Below are positions 17,343 to 28,547 of a DNA stretch of 64,000 nt, piece after piece. The notes beneath the pieces were generated by a model. The model saw only the letters and a list, made by a program, of their open reading frames with translations. It did not search any database and was not told the origin of the DNA. Positions within the stretch are counted from its first letter, which is position 1, and each line of letters begins with the position of its first letter. The DNA comes from Epithemia pelagica. Taxonomy: Eukaryota > Protista > Bacillariophyta. The stretch is from NCBI GenBank assembly GCA_946965045.2, contig OX337233.1:2666001-2730000 (forward strand), read 5' to 3'. A program made the position numbers and the translations under genes.

Positions 17343-19076
17343 TTAGGCTATTTGATCGTGTGGTTTGCCAAAATCATGCATGAGAATACAATTGTCGGCA
17401 CCATCACTCACGAGTCGTTGTCCATCGGTCCACAAGGATCCAGCCCATACCTTGTATCCCTGAAAGGAATAGTGGGGTTTGCCTGTGTTTAGGTTCCAAA
17501 TGCGCACACATCCATCTTGTCCCAAGGACACCACCATGTCGGGGGAGGGACTGACCAGGGCCTTGATGAGACCACCGCCAAAATGACCCAATCCCATGGA
17601 TTCGAGCGGTTCCACCAGGGGCTGGTCCGGGTTAATGGTAATGGGGCCGTTTGGAGTGTCGTCGTCGTCGTCGTCATGGTCCTGCGTGTCCTCCTCTTGT
17701 GGTGTGGTGGGAACCGTCAAGGCCAGGCGTTGACAATACATGCTCCCATTGCTTCCACCACACACCAGGGACAACCCATTTGTGGTTGTCGTTGTCGCAG
17801 TTTCGTCGTTGTCGTCGTCGTTGTTCTTGGTTTGGTAGTTGCTGTTGTCCGGAGTACCCCGTGGGGCATCTGTCGTCGTTTGCACAAAACAGGCATGGGT
17901 CGGATAAATATTGGCCGATCGACGTTCGGACGAGTCAAAGGGTGGATACAAGGTTGCCAGAACCGTGCCACTTGTCGTCGTCGTCGTGGAGGGAGTCTTT
18001 TTGGTTGCTCCCTTGGTCGAAAACAAGTGAACGGAGCCTCCCGCCACGGTGGCGACTCCACACTCATAGTCGGACGCCAAATCAATCGACAAGATACAAC
18101 CGTCCAACTTCCAACAGTGCTGGGGTGTCGTTTGCAAGGCCAGGGGTAAATGGTCGAGTGCATACACGTGCACGTTTCCGGTATGCGTTCCGACCCACAA
18201 TTGAGTGCCATGGTCGTGAAATTTCAGGCACGTGACATACTGGCCTTGTAAGGCGGGAATGGACCCTTGCGAGATCAATAGGTGATGATTGTTGGTGGTG
18301 GATCGTCGCCACACTCGGACTCCCCCACGTCGAGTCCCTTCGCAAATGAGCGATCCGGAAAAGGCAATGGACAAGGTTCCACCTCCATCATAACTCCCAT
18401 ACAGGTAACGCAAGGTTTGTTGCAGGGCAACATTTTGGTCGTCGTCCTTGTCGTTGTCGTCCACCACATTCTGGCTGCTGCTCGTGGTTTGAGCTAGAAT
18501 TTGACCCGTTTCCAAATGTCCCAAATACAAGGTTTCTTGTGAACTGCCACAGACGACCAGGGGATAATCGACATCGAGACGACGGACCCAATCCGGTACG
18601 ACCAAGGCCAAGGTAGAGTGACAGTCTCCTCGCGTCCAGTGTTGGACCAAGTCGTGACGTTGTTGGGCCAGTTGTTGGGCCCGATGGTTCAAACTGGCCA
18701 GCCACTCGTCGTCGTCAGTATCCGTATCATTGTTGGTGGGAAAAGGGAACGACTCGGATTCACAATCACTACTACTATTACTACTCCGATCCTCCTCGGA
18801 TTCATCTTCTCTTCGAGTACTGGACGCCACTCGAACCAGCCAGGAACTTCTTCTGCTGGAGCGGTCATGGCGGAGCAAGACAGGAGCTCGTCGTGGAACT
18901 ACCATATGATACGTCCAGCCCTGTCGAACAAAACAGGACAGCAGCAGCAAAAGGAACAAACGATTGCTACTACGGATAGGAGTGGGTGCCATTCTTCGTA
19001 AGAATGACATGCTCAACATTGTCACATGCCGTTCGATCTTTTTTTCTCTGTGATGGCGGCGATGGAATTCGGACAT
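17343..19076 (-). CDS. WD40-repeat protein with a possible N-terminal targeting peptide
   Basis: 577-aa ORF with beta-propeller-like repeats (GGVRVW, LWVGTHTGNVHVY, VVSLGQDGCVRIWNL, LVSDGADNCILMHDF). Confidence 0.75.
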   Translation of the reverse strand: MSEFHRRHHREKKIERHVTMLSMSFLRRMAPTPIRSSNRLFLLLLLSCFVRQGWTYHMVVPRRAPVLLRHDRSSRRSSWLVRVASSTRREDESEEDRSSNSSSDCESESFPFPTNNDTDTDDDEWLASLNHRAQQLAQQRHDLVQHWTRGDCHSTLALVVPDWVRRLDVDYPLVVCGSSQETLYLGHLETGQILAQTTSSSQNVVDDNDKDDDQNVALQQTLRYLYGSYDGGGTLSIAFSGSLICEGTRRGGVRVWRRSTTNNHHLLISQGSIPALQGQYVTCLKFHDHGTQLWVGTHTGNVHVYALDHLPLALQTTPQHCWKLDGCILSIDLASDYECGVATVAGGSVHLFSTKGATKKTPSTTTTTSGTVLATLYPPFDSSERRSANIYPTHACFVQTTTDAPRGTPDNSNYQTKNNDDDNDETATTTTTNGLSLVCGGSNGSMYCQRLALTVPTTPQEEDTQDHDDDDDDTPNGPITINPDQPLVEPLESMGLGHFGGGLIKALVSPSPDMVVSLGQDGCVRIWNLNTGKPHYSFQGYKVWAGSLWTDGQRLVSDGADNCILMHDFGKPHDQIA

Positions 19077-19259
19077 CGAGAAATTCTTTCAAAATATCTT
19101 GGGCGACCATCACACGACCGTTTACGCGACCCTTTTGTCACTGAAAAACCTGAGCTGTCGCTACCCTCGTAGTCGCAGGGGGTAGCAATTTATCTCGCAA
19201 ACAAGTCCAAAAATACCTGGAGTAGTCCTAGAATATAGAGAGAATGCAAGTTCTTCTTC

Positions 19260-19424
19260 TGGGAGGCTTGCCTTTGGATGCTTCCAGTCCTGTGCATGTC
19301 GAAGAACGGTCAAAGATGGATACATGCTTGAGTTCGGGACCAATTACGCTTAGCAAAATAGCCACGAGATGGACTTCCTAGGTGCCACCTACGAGCTTAT
19401 AAAAGACCTTGGTGCGAGAACGAG
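19260..19424 (-). repeat. Degenerate internal fragment of the LRR gene (source ~23473-23655)
   Basis: TGGGAGGCTTGCCTTTGGATGCTTCC...GGTCAAAGATGGATACATGCTTGAGTTCGGGACCAATT...GACCTTGGTG.GAGAACGAG matches 23473-23655 with a short deletion. Confidence 0.92.
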
Positions 19425-19439
19425 CTAGAGGACAACTCA

Positions 19440-21998
19440 TCATGAGATCCTCATTCTCTTGCTTGTTGGTCTGCCCATGAGTTGCAATGGTTGTGACGAA
19501 GAAGTGTAGATCTGTGCCACATGATCAGTGAGCTCCGTCACACCGTGATCGGTAGGCTCCTTCTCTTCGATCACCTTGTAGAGGTCTACCACAGGCAGCA
19601 CTGTCTTGGCCGTGACCAGCGCTTCTCCGTCAAGTACGACAAAGTGCGTGGTTTTTTCACTCAGGAGTTTCAACGTACGTTCGCGTGAGTCATGAGCGGA
19701 CAAACCCGCCGTCGTCTTTCTCGGAGCAGGCTCAAAATCCTTGAATTTATGGAAGGCCAGAAACACAGCAACAGTTTTGCTCTTGTCATCCCCAACCCCT
19801 AAACCCTTCATTTTTTCGAAAAAGTCCCAACACATCCTCCAAAGGTTGTTTTGATTTCGAACGACTTTCGCCGCACAGTAAACTCTCCATGGCTCCCTCC
19901 CTCGAATTGTGACGACAGGAAACCCCAAATCAACAATGTTTTCGCCAGTGAACTGTGGATCCTCTAAACCACAGTAGACTTCCCCCCTTTTCCAATCGGC
20001 CTTATGTATTCGTGCATTATACACGAAGGGTTTGCCTAACATTCTTGGGTCTGGGTTGAACTGCATGCCAGTCGGCGACAGCAAGGTCTTGTAAAGTTCC
20101 GATGAAAGGAAAGTCAACTCACAGGCAATCATCCGTTCAAAAAAGTGGCCCTTGTCCGAGAGAACACTCCTGCTTGCATTTGTGAAGAACTCGTACTCAT
20201 TCATGTTATCACCATCTGTTGCCCTACCACATATGTCAGAGAGAAACCGCAGAGAGCATCCAACCGGAATCAAGATTTCATCAGTCTCATATTTCACGTC
20301 ATGGTGAATGGTGACTGCACCCCCCAACGCATACTGTTTCACTTCGTTTGGAAGCTCATCACTGGGCAGCTTGAGTCTCCCATTAGTCACCGTTCTATTC
20401 CAGGCGCTAGGATACACAATGAGAGCCAACAGGGAAAGGGCGGCCTTCCGGCCATCTCCAATGCATCTGAGGATAGGGGTATTCCAGTCCCTATAAGCAG
20501 CTTCTGCCGCCTCCTGGAGTCCCTCTCTGGATACCTCTTTGTGAATCCCAACACGCAACTCAAGCTTGTATGCCAAGAACTGCAAAGCTCGACGGTTCGC
20601 ACACATTGGCTCAATCAGAGTATCTTGATCTTCATCCTGGACTGAATGGAAGTCAAAATGTTTTTTCAGCAGGTTCTTACCATAATCCGGTGGAAAGCCT
20701 CCCTCCAATGAGTAGAGCTTCACTTTCAAATGTGATCCACTGTTTGATGCCAGTGCCGCACAAAAGTTCGTTCCCGAAAGAGCCACCCTCAAATTGTTTC
20801 TTTCCGATGTGAAAAAATTGACGGCGTCGCCAAAAGCAGGCATGTCGTAGTCAAACATGTTCTCTGATTCTACGTCTTTGGAAACAACTTTTGATCCCAT
20901 CAACAACTGCACTTCATCAAAATGCATCACTTGAATTTTATTCTGGCCTGCGCTTTTCTTCTCTATTAATTTCTCCACAAATTCCGTACAGGTTGCTACG
21001 AACACGTCCTTGCCAGCAGCATAGCACTTAGGCGGACCTTTTTCTGTTTCGGCCAATTGGCGAAGCTCTTGAATGAGGGGGTGGGCGTCAGTGAGCTTCA
21101 CTCGATCATAGGAAGCTGCGATGCTCCTCGCCGCCTCTTCCACAGTCCTCGTTTTTCCGGCCCCAGGAATAGCCATCAAAAGCACTGAAGGATTGTCAGT
21201 GGGTGGATCTGACATGTCTTTTGTTAGTTCCTTGTAAGCTGTATCTTCGTAAAAATCAGGGATACTGCCTGAGAAAGAAACCGGGAGAGAAAACAAAGTC
21301 TGGTGCAGACTAAGTTCTGAAAATGGCACCTCTTGCCGCTGTTGTTCAGGCGAAGAAGGAGGAGTAGAAGCTCCGGGGGGTTGGTAGCGAAGCAAAATAG
21401 GGGCACCGTCTTTGCGTGGAATATTCTTCAACTCCTGCAATGAAGTGACTTTCGAAAACTTGGTCCCACCTCCTCCGTTGTTCTGGCCTACGAACAAGAC
21501 GAATTGTGATTCCGTTACATCCGCACACGATGCCACCATCGCACGCAGTTCGTCAAACGTCCGTACCTTACCCAGCTGAACTACCAAGCCAGGACCTTCA
21601 GAGGCTTCGTTATAGGGGATAAGGTGAAATGGACCAACGGGAAGCTGCGGGTATGAAGTAGCTGGCGTGACTGTGAGTTCCGCACCAGACAATAAGCACC
21701 GAGACAAACAATCGTTAGTTAAAGGACGACTTGAATAAATTCAACAATAAATCAAGGACCTACAGCACAACGACTTACCACCATATGGTTTAACTATTTC
21801 AACAAAGAGGCCAGAGACGTTCTTTGCCGCCAACAAAGTGTCCCTGGACACAAATTCGAGGGCGCTCTTTGTCGTAATCAGTTGACTTTCAAGCTCCACA
21901 ACAACTTTTTCGAGGTCCCCATCTTTTATGAACTTCGTTATTTTGGGATAGTTTTGCTTCAGAAAATCAACCGTAATTATGGGGTTGTCCTCAGCCAT
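19440..21998 (-). CDS. Crinkler/RHS (CR)-like protein: N-terminal header + P-loop NTPase + PD-(D/E)xK-like nuclease domain; exons 21998-21779 and 21670-19440 (816 aa)
   Basis: A GTAAGT...ACTAAC...CAG intron (21778-21671) joins ORF 21741-21998 in frame to the long ORF. Motifs: Walker A AIPGAGKT, Walker B VMHFDEVQ, sensor LSGT, and a C-terminal KGHFFERMIACEL...IVDLGF...CAAK. Confidence 0.72.
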
Positions 21999-22735
21999 TG
22001 TTCCGACTCTATCGCTCGTTGCTGTTAATAGTCAAAGTGTGTCTTCTCTGCCGGCGCTCTTGCGTCTTCTTGAGCGTGTATGGCTGATTATTGTTGCTGA
22101 TTGTCGTCGTACTGTTGCTTCGTCCACTGCTGTTGTAGTAGTAGTTGTTGTTGCTGCTGCTGCCACCACAACGCTTGAGGATCGTGGTTGCTTCCCTTTT
22201 GGTGGGAAACGAGGAGCAACACGACGCTTCGCTTTTCTTCATTTGAGTCTCACGTAGGTTGTTGTTGTTGACGATGTTGTTGGTGTCTGCTTCTTTCTCT
22301 GCTGTTGTTTCCAATTATATTCCAGCGGGCTGTGGCTGCCGTCTCGGGCTGAGGAGGAATCAATGTTTTCAATGGTCAATTTGTTGTGCTGTTTGCCGCC
22401 CCATCTCAGATTTGCAGAAAAACCTCATGTGATGCACTTCAGTCAGAAACTCGTGTTTTAATAGCCGTTTCGCCATGCGCGCGGCGGCGCACAGTATCAT
22501 GCACAATGCCACCCAGAGAGGCCTTTTAGCAGACACAACGACAGTTATGACCGTTAACGACAAACCCATCCTATCTGGATCCGATATCGCTGGACGATAG
22601 AAATAGAAAGACCTGTCAGATGAGAGCTGTCAGAGTCAGATACGATGTTATTATACTTACAGGAGCTACAGAGAGAAAGCAAAGATTGTCCAAGTGCCTC
22701 AGTGTTTACACATTTGCTTCTGGCGCGCGATGCCA

Positions 22736-23947
22736 CTAAATACATTGCATAAACGACAGGACTCTTGCCACGACGTAGTCGAGCATGGAGAGTTCGCTGG
22801 CCCACGAAGGAAACAAGGACGTCTTGGGTTCCTTCTTGTTGTACGGATGCGACGGCACAATGGCTTGGGAAAAGGCTCGACGACTGGAATACGTCGCTCG
22901 ACCTTGGGCAATCTCCAGGAAGGATTCCGCGTCCAGGTCTCGCAAATGGACGAGTTTGCAGTGACTCAAGGCTAGCCGCTTCAAACACGTCCTCGACTGA
23001 ATGGCACTGACAAATGAAAGATAGTTGGGAGAATCGGACTTGACGTTGGTAAAGAGTCGATTGCAGGAACACAATATAATCTCCTCCAGAGCACAGCAGT
23101 GATTCAAGAGGTGGGCCAAGGTGGAGAGGGAAGGTTCTCCAATCTTGCTCTTGGAGATATCGAGCACTTTGAGCTGATAGCACATGGCCGAATCGATCAA
23201 AGCGTCGACTAATCGCTTCAGTTGGTCATCCGTCAACTTCCAATTCCCCAAATCCAACCGCTGAATCCGTGGATGGCCTTGCAAACCAATGACTAAATGC
23301 TCCAAGAATTCGTCATCAATTTGACACCCATACAACTTGAGTGCCTTGAGACTACGATTGTTGGCCAACATGTATCGTAACTGCAGTCCATTGACTTTTC
23401 CTCGAAGGTCGGTCCTTTCAATGGCCAGTCGTTCCAGTGAATACACATGACCCAGACATCCAAAGACTGAAATGGGAGGCTTGCCTTTGGATGCTTCCGG
23501 TCCTGTACATGTCGAAGAGCGGTCAAAGATGGATACATGCTTGAGTTCGGGACCAATTTTGCTTAGAAAAATAGCCATGAGATGGACTTCATAGGTGCCA
23601 CCTAGGGAGCATCGGTCAAAGACAAGCTTATGCAAGACCTTGGTGTGAGAACGAGGAGCACCACCCGTGGCACGCTGGTACTTGAGGAGTTCCCATTTCC
23701 GCATAAGAAATCCAATGGCAAACCGGTCCAAGTGGACTCGATCTAGACGAAAGGTGTCCTTGTCTTCTTCCCATTCTTCTTCAATGGCATCCATTGCCTC
23801 GCTTCTTCGGAGGTTGCCATAGCTCGTCTCACTGTCTTCTCCGTCGTTCACGTCGTCGTCTTCATAGTCCGTGCAAGTAATCGATGGAGGCCGTTGAGGG
23901 CCTTCTGTAGGTGCTTGTGCTGGTTCATCATTGATTATGGATATCAT
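22736..23947 (-). CDS. RNI-like leucine-rich repeat protein
   Basis: Repeats such as LKALKLYGCQIDD, IQRLDLGNWKLTD, LKVLDISKSKIG and LKRLALSHCKL. The first ATG is at 23947 and the 3' end is uncertain. Confidence 0.8.
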   Translation of the reverse strand: MISIINDEPAQAPTEGPQRPPSITCTDYEDDDVNDGEDSETSYGNLRRSEAMDAIEEEWEEDKDTFRLDRVHLDRFAIGFLMRKWELLKYQRATGGAPRSHTKVLHKLVFDRCSLGGTYEVHLMAIFLSKIGPELKHVSIFDRSSTCTGPEASKGKPPISVFGCLGHVYSLERLAIERTDLRGKVNGLQLRYMLANNRSLKALKLYGCQIDDEFLEHLVIGLQGHPRIQRLDLGNWKLTDDQLKRLVDALIDSAMCYQLKVLDISKSKIGEPSLSTLAHLLNHCCALEEIILCSCNRLFTNVKSDSPNYLSFVSAIQSRTCLKRLALSHCKLVHLRDLDAESFLEIAQGRATYSSRRAFSQAIVPSHPYNKKEPKTSLFPSWASELSMLDYVVARVLSFMQCI

Positions 23948-24455
23948 GGTCGTGATCAATCAATAACACGTTGAGAGTGGCATGAAAAGAATGAAGCAAC
24001 CGAAAAGACATTGGAAATTGGAAGTGCAGCAGTTGATGATGAGATTATTTGTCCTTCTCGGCTTGTACCTAACCGACACAAAGGACTAATGTGGTTGTGT
24101 GGCGACACGTGCTGACAACTATGTTTGTATGACCGCCTGGCGCGTTTCCGTCTCATTTTTGTAGGTGCAAAGAATAGGAGTAGTTTGTACCAGTATCCCG
24201 ATCCCTATCCGAAACGACAGTGATTTCGAACTGCCCCATTGATCCATGGCGCATAAAGAGCCGTTGGAATCAGCGCACTTTCCTACTCGTAAGTAAATAA
24301 CAAAATCACATATCGTACAATAGATAGCTCTCTTACAATTGCCAAAGATGTAGTACAATCTATGCAATCTAAGAATATATAGGTGCACCCTTCGTCGTTG
24401 TCTCTCCCCGTTTGACCATGAAGAAAAAAGAGTGAACGACGAACTGCAAAACAAC

Positions 24456-25175
24456 ATGAGGACGCCGTTCGCATCACCATCCTCCTTGCAATCATCCTTG
24501 CGACGACAGCGTTTTCTCTTGGCACACATGAACTATGCTCGTCTCAAAGCCCCCATGGATGATCCCAGCATGTACGAATTTCGAATGGCCATGGATCCAA
24601 TCAATGCCTTGGCCAAGACGACACCCGGCTTTGTTTGGTCACTCGATGAAAATGAGCAAGATCATCCAAACGCACAAGTAGAAGAAGAAGAAGAGTCTGG
24701 TTCAGTGTCATCCTCGTCGCTATCGTTTGGATCCAGTCACAACAACTCCATTTCCACTTCGTTGCAACGTGACGCCGTTCCCCTCTTGCAACAAGATCCT
24801 TTACTAATGCCGCAACTATCGCTTTGGCAAGACATGGCGTCCTTGCAACATTTTGCTTTTCAATCTGGTCATGCCATGTACCTGAAACGCAAACGTTTAT
24901 GGTTCACGGCACCCTGTGAACCACCCTGGGCGGTTTGCTGGTGGTGGAAACGTCCTACCAGCAGCAACGACGACAAGACCACGACACCCAGGGACGGTAT
25001 TCACTATCCGCAAGACGACCAGGACTATCCGACCTTGAAAGATGCCTTTGATCGTCTGGCGTTTTTGCAAACTCATGGACCGACGGCATGGGCCTTTGAT
25101 TTTCGGTCCTACAAACAATTTCCCATGCCCGACGACTCAGACACTGACAAAGAAGACAACAACAACGATAATTGA
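24456..25175 (+). CDS. DUF3291-like protein
   Basis: LAHMNYARLKAPMDDP...INALAKTTPGFVWSL...LSLWQD..SLQHFAF...WF...WW...AFDRLAFLQTHGPTAWAFDF resembles the mainly bacterial DUF3291 pattern. It has no introns. Confidence 0.75.
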   Translation: MRTPFASPSSLQSSLRRQRFLLAHMNYARLKAPMDDPSMYEFRMAMDPINALAKTTPGFVWSLDENEQDHPNAQVEEEEESGSVSSSSLSFGSSHNNSISTSLQRDAVPLLQQDPLLMPQLSLWQDMASLQHFAFQSGHAMYLKRKRLWFTAPCEPPWAVCWWWKRPTSSNDDKTTTPRDGIHYPQDDQDYPTLKDAFDRLAFLQTHGPTAWAFDFRSYKQFPMPDDSDTDKEDNNNDN

Positions 25176-25820
25176 CCTTGAACCAAACTGTACCAAACAA
25201 TTAATTTTCCCTCACTCAGGGTATTTCGAGAGTCGCAGTGGTGAGCAGGCTTCTTTGCTTGTTCACATTTGGCCCAATCTTTGTTCCTTTCAAGGAACAT
25301 GACTTAGAGTCCATAATATCTCACTGTGAAATCTTTGCGATTTGATAAGGTTTGGACTATCTCAAGAAACTTAATTCGATTGACAACTCGGTCGAGGCCA
25401 TGCCACGTTGCTGAATGCTGAACCTCCATTTCGTGTTGCAGCAATGTCGAAGTTGACAAAGAAAGCGTCACAAGTCACCCCATGAATGGAAGTACCGAGA
25501 GGATCGTTGTAACATGTCAGCGGCCTACGAAGCCGAGGCTACAACAAAACGTTTCTAGCAGAGGACAACACACTCTACATGGTGAGGTTTATCGTTTTGC
25601 CTTCGTAGTCCTACGAATATAGACAATGTGTGTTAATCGATAACTATACAATGGTGTTATGTACAAGAGGGCGTCTGATGTAGTGTTCACACCAGAGAAA
25701 AAGTGGCCAGTTGCATATGCGACAACCAATCAAGAAATGCTTGAATGATACGAGGAGTTGCTGGGAAGCGGTGGAATAATGAAAAAATGAAATCCGTAGA
25801 GAAAGACACGGTCAGTTGTG

Positions 25821-26576
25821 TCATTGTTCTTTGGATAGTTCGCTACTGGTGAAGGACGCATGGGCAATTTCTCGGGCATACAATCGGCTCCCGAGACTGA
25901 ATCGACGACTCTTTTCATCCACCGGGCACTTTCGTGGTTTTCGTAACAAGAAGCGACGAGGCTTTGCTCGCTTCTCTCCTGGATGTTGTCCTGCCAATAC
26001 TTGATTGAGGATTCCCTGATGTCGGTCGCTTCGATCATGCCAATGTGGCATGTATTCCGCAATATAAGGCTCTAATCCAACCAGGTTATCAATCTGTTGG
26101 TACAGTTCAGCCAATTCGGTACGTGTAACACCACCAGGGATCTCCTCATGTTCTACCTCGTCCTCACCAGAGTAGTTCATGCAACCCAAGTGCGCTCGTT
26201 CCAATACCATGATTTTTTCCTTAATAATTTCTGATTCACACGATTTCTCAACACGGTAGCGAACTCTTTGCGCAAATATCTGATAGTCTGTGGAAGAATA
26301 CCATCTCTCGTTGCTCTCCTTTGGTATGTGATGGAGCTGGTTGGAAGATTCGTCAAATCGGACGACTTTCTTTTCGACATCGGCCTTTATTTCTTCGTCC
26401 TCCAACAAGTTCTTGCTTCCCTGTGATTTGGAACCAAAACGAGGACGAAAGCGTCTCAGTGTAAAGTTTTCCACGAGGCGTTGCAAGTCGCCCAAGTCCT
26501 TTATGCTCATTGTCAGATCGTCATTGCCAAACAACTGTTTGTTGGATGATTTCTTGGAAACAGCGCGCTTTGGCAT
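25821..26576 (-). CDS. Hypothetical protein (V-x-F...WY...GLE pattern)
   Basis: 251-aa ATG ORF with KKVVRFDE...RWYSSTDY...LVGLE. I recall this pattern as common in diatom hypothetical proteins, but it is unverified. Confidence 0.6.
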   Translation of the reverse strand: MPKRAVSKKSSNKQLFGNDDLTMSIKDLGDLQRLVENFTLRRFRPRFGSKSQGSKNLLEDEEIKADVEKKVVRFDESSNQLHHIPKESNERWYSSTDYQIFAQRVRYRVEKSCESEIIKEKIMVLERAHLGCMNYSGEDEVEHEEIPGGVTRTELAELYQQIDNLVGLEPYIAEYMPHWHDRSDRHQGILNQVLAGQHPGEKRAKPRRFLLRKPRKCPVDEKSRRFSLGSRLYAREIAHASFTSSELSKEQ

Positions 26577-28547
26577 CGTTGTTGGAACTCTTTTGTTTTA
26601 CAAGCTGGTTCACGTTGCGCAGTGCATGAGTATATTAGTGTAGAAGACTGTACTGGAAAAAATCGTACATAAAATTCTATAGTGATTTTCCGCAGCACAG
26701 CACCCATGACAATGACAATGACAATGGGACGTCCCGATGTTTGGGCAAATACGATGCCATTCATGGCCGCAAGCACAAGAACTGCTGCAACTAATAGACG
26801 AAGTAGGTTTAATTTGTTTTTATGGGCACAGCTAAGGAGATGGAGAATGATTGTCCACGATGCTCAGCAGTGGAAATACGTTCACTCCTTGTGGAGACTG
26901 AACTACAGGTCGAGATGCGCGACACCCCTATGATTTCCTACTACTTTTATATCTATCCTATCGATTAGGTTGGGTGGTGCTTCGCATCTCGGCTGGTGAA
27001 TGGCCATTGTCGCATGAAGCGGTCACTTGTCGTTATTGCATTTTGCATTTTACGATATGTGCGCGACAAAATGTGAGGAGCATGAAAAAGTAACTGGTTC
27101 GAAACGCTGGGGTAATGTGGGATAAAGTGTAGTATACAATTTCCCACTCTGAAAAACTCATGCACTTCGCAACGTGAACCAGCTTGTAGGTAGTTTGTGT
27201 TCCAATTTTTGAAGGAACATGATCAAATGTTCCCACTGCATCTGAACTACCGCTGTTTTGGGGTGACATGTGTGAGCGCCTCAAAAGTAACAACACTCCT
27301 GTGTTGAGTAAACAACCACAAGACACCTCTTCGCGAAGCGTATCCATGTGGGTTGGGCTGAATACGAATACGATCCTTCGTATTTCGCGGAAGAAAAAGA
27401 GAAGCGAGTACCCGCGCCCCACAAGCCACAAGACGCTCGGGCTTTCGGTGCGACTGAATCAGTCGCATATTTGACACCAGAACCCCGCCACCTTCGCACT
27501 GCATACTGCATGACACGAGAGTGTGGTTGTTGTATAGGAGTGATCGTTCATGGTGGGTGATAGTTGATCAATGGGCGGAAGTATCCGTTGTCAAGGCTGC
27601 TCGATTGCCCATTTTGTGACCGTTATTGCTTAGACTCGACATCAACATGACTTCGAAACGAGTCTTGAGCAAGATACAGAGCTCTAAATGCCAAATTGCA
27701 GCCACTGGAGGTGTCTCAACTCTGTATCATTCCATCTGATGACTCAAGAATTGTTCGTAGCCCTACCTGTACCACTGCATGAGAGCCGAAACCTTGTTTC
27801 ACTCATCCTTAGGATCTGGCTTCCACCTCCATCACGGAATTGGAATCTTCAACGTGTTGAGTATACATAACACTGGCAGATTCGCAATCATTTTCATTCA
27901 TGACAAGTGGAGTAGAGAAGTTTTGGTTGTGTTTCCTCCTGGATCATTGTGTCCTTGTCGACGTGCGACGTTGAGAGTTGAGATGCTTCTGAATTTTCCT
28001 GCACTTGGAGCTTTCCCCCATATCTCCCCCAATCCCCCGAGTCATTGAGAGTTGAGAGAGTCATCATCAGCGGTCACAACGAACGGCGAACTATGTCTCA
28101 GAGACATCAGCACCTTCACAATTTTCCATTCCATTTCTCGTTTGATCAAGTCTCATAAGAATCCCAATCTTATCGGTGGACGTACTGGAAGCAACTTGAT
28201 ATGGTTAAGCTACAAGGATCTCCCCGGTCCTTGGTTGCGACCACAGACGAATTGGCCACTGTTTCTCCTAGGTTGGACATTGCTCTATAGTGCGGGGCTT
28301 CTACAAAACAATTCGAGGCCACCACTCCGCTACCTAGGCAAAGCCTTTTTGTTGCTGTCCGATGGGCAATCCAGGTTCTTTGTACTACGACCTGTGATCT
28401 TACATAACGGATTGCCATACGAGAAGGAATCATTGAAGTGATTTATATGCGTCTTTGAAAAAACCAAACTAAATCTTCCTTGGTGTTTGCCCCATGCTAT
28501 CTCTGCAATGTAAACCAAACACTTTTGGAACCTTGCTTGATAGTTCC

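Noticed and set aside
19160-19186. Hairpin GCTACCC...GGGTAGC as a Helitron 3' end
   Set aside because: There is no CTRR terminus at the expected distance on either strand and no Rep/helicase gene.
22009-22314. Asn/Ser-rich ORF upstream of the Crinkler-like gene
   Set aside because: It derives from trinucleotide low-complexity DNA, is in a different frame from exon 1, and has no clear splice link.
26680-28440. Scattered short ORFs (e.g. 27033-27431, 27348-27560, 28170-28433)
   Set aside because: No consistent frame, splice path or motif; these may be decayed coding DNA but cannot be supported.
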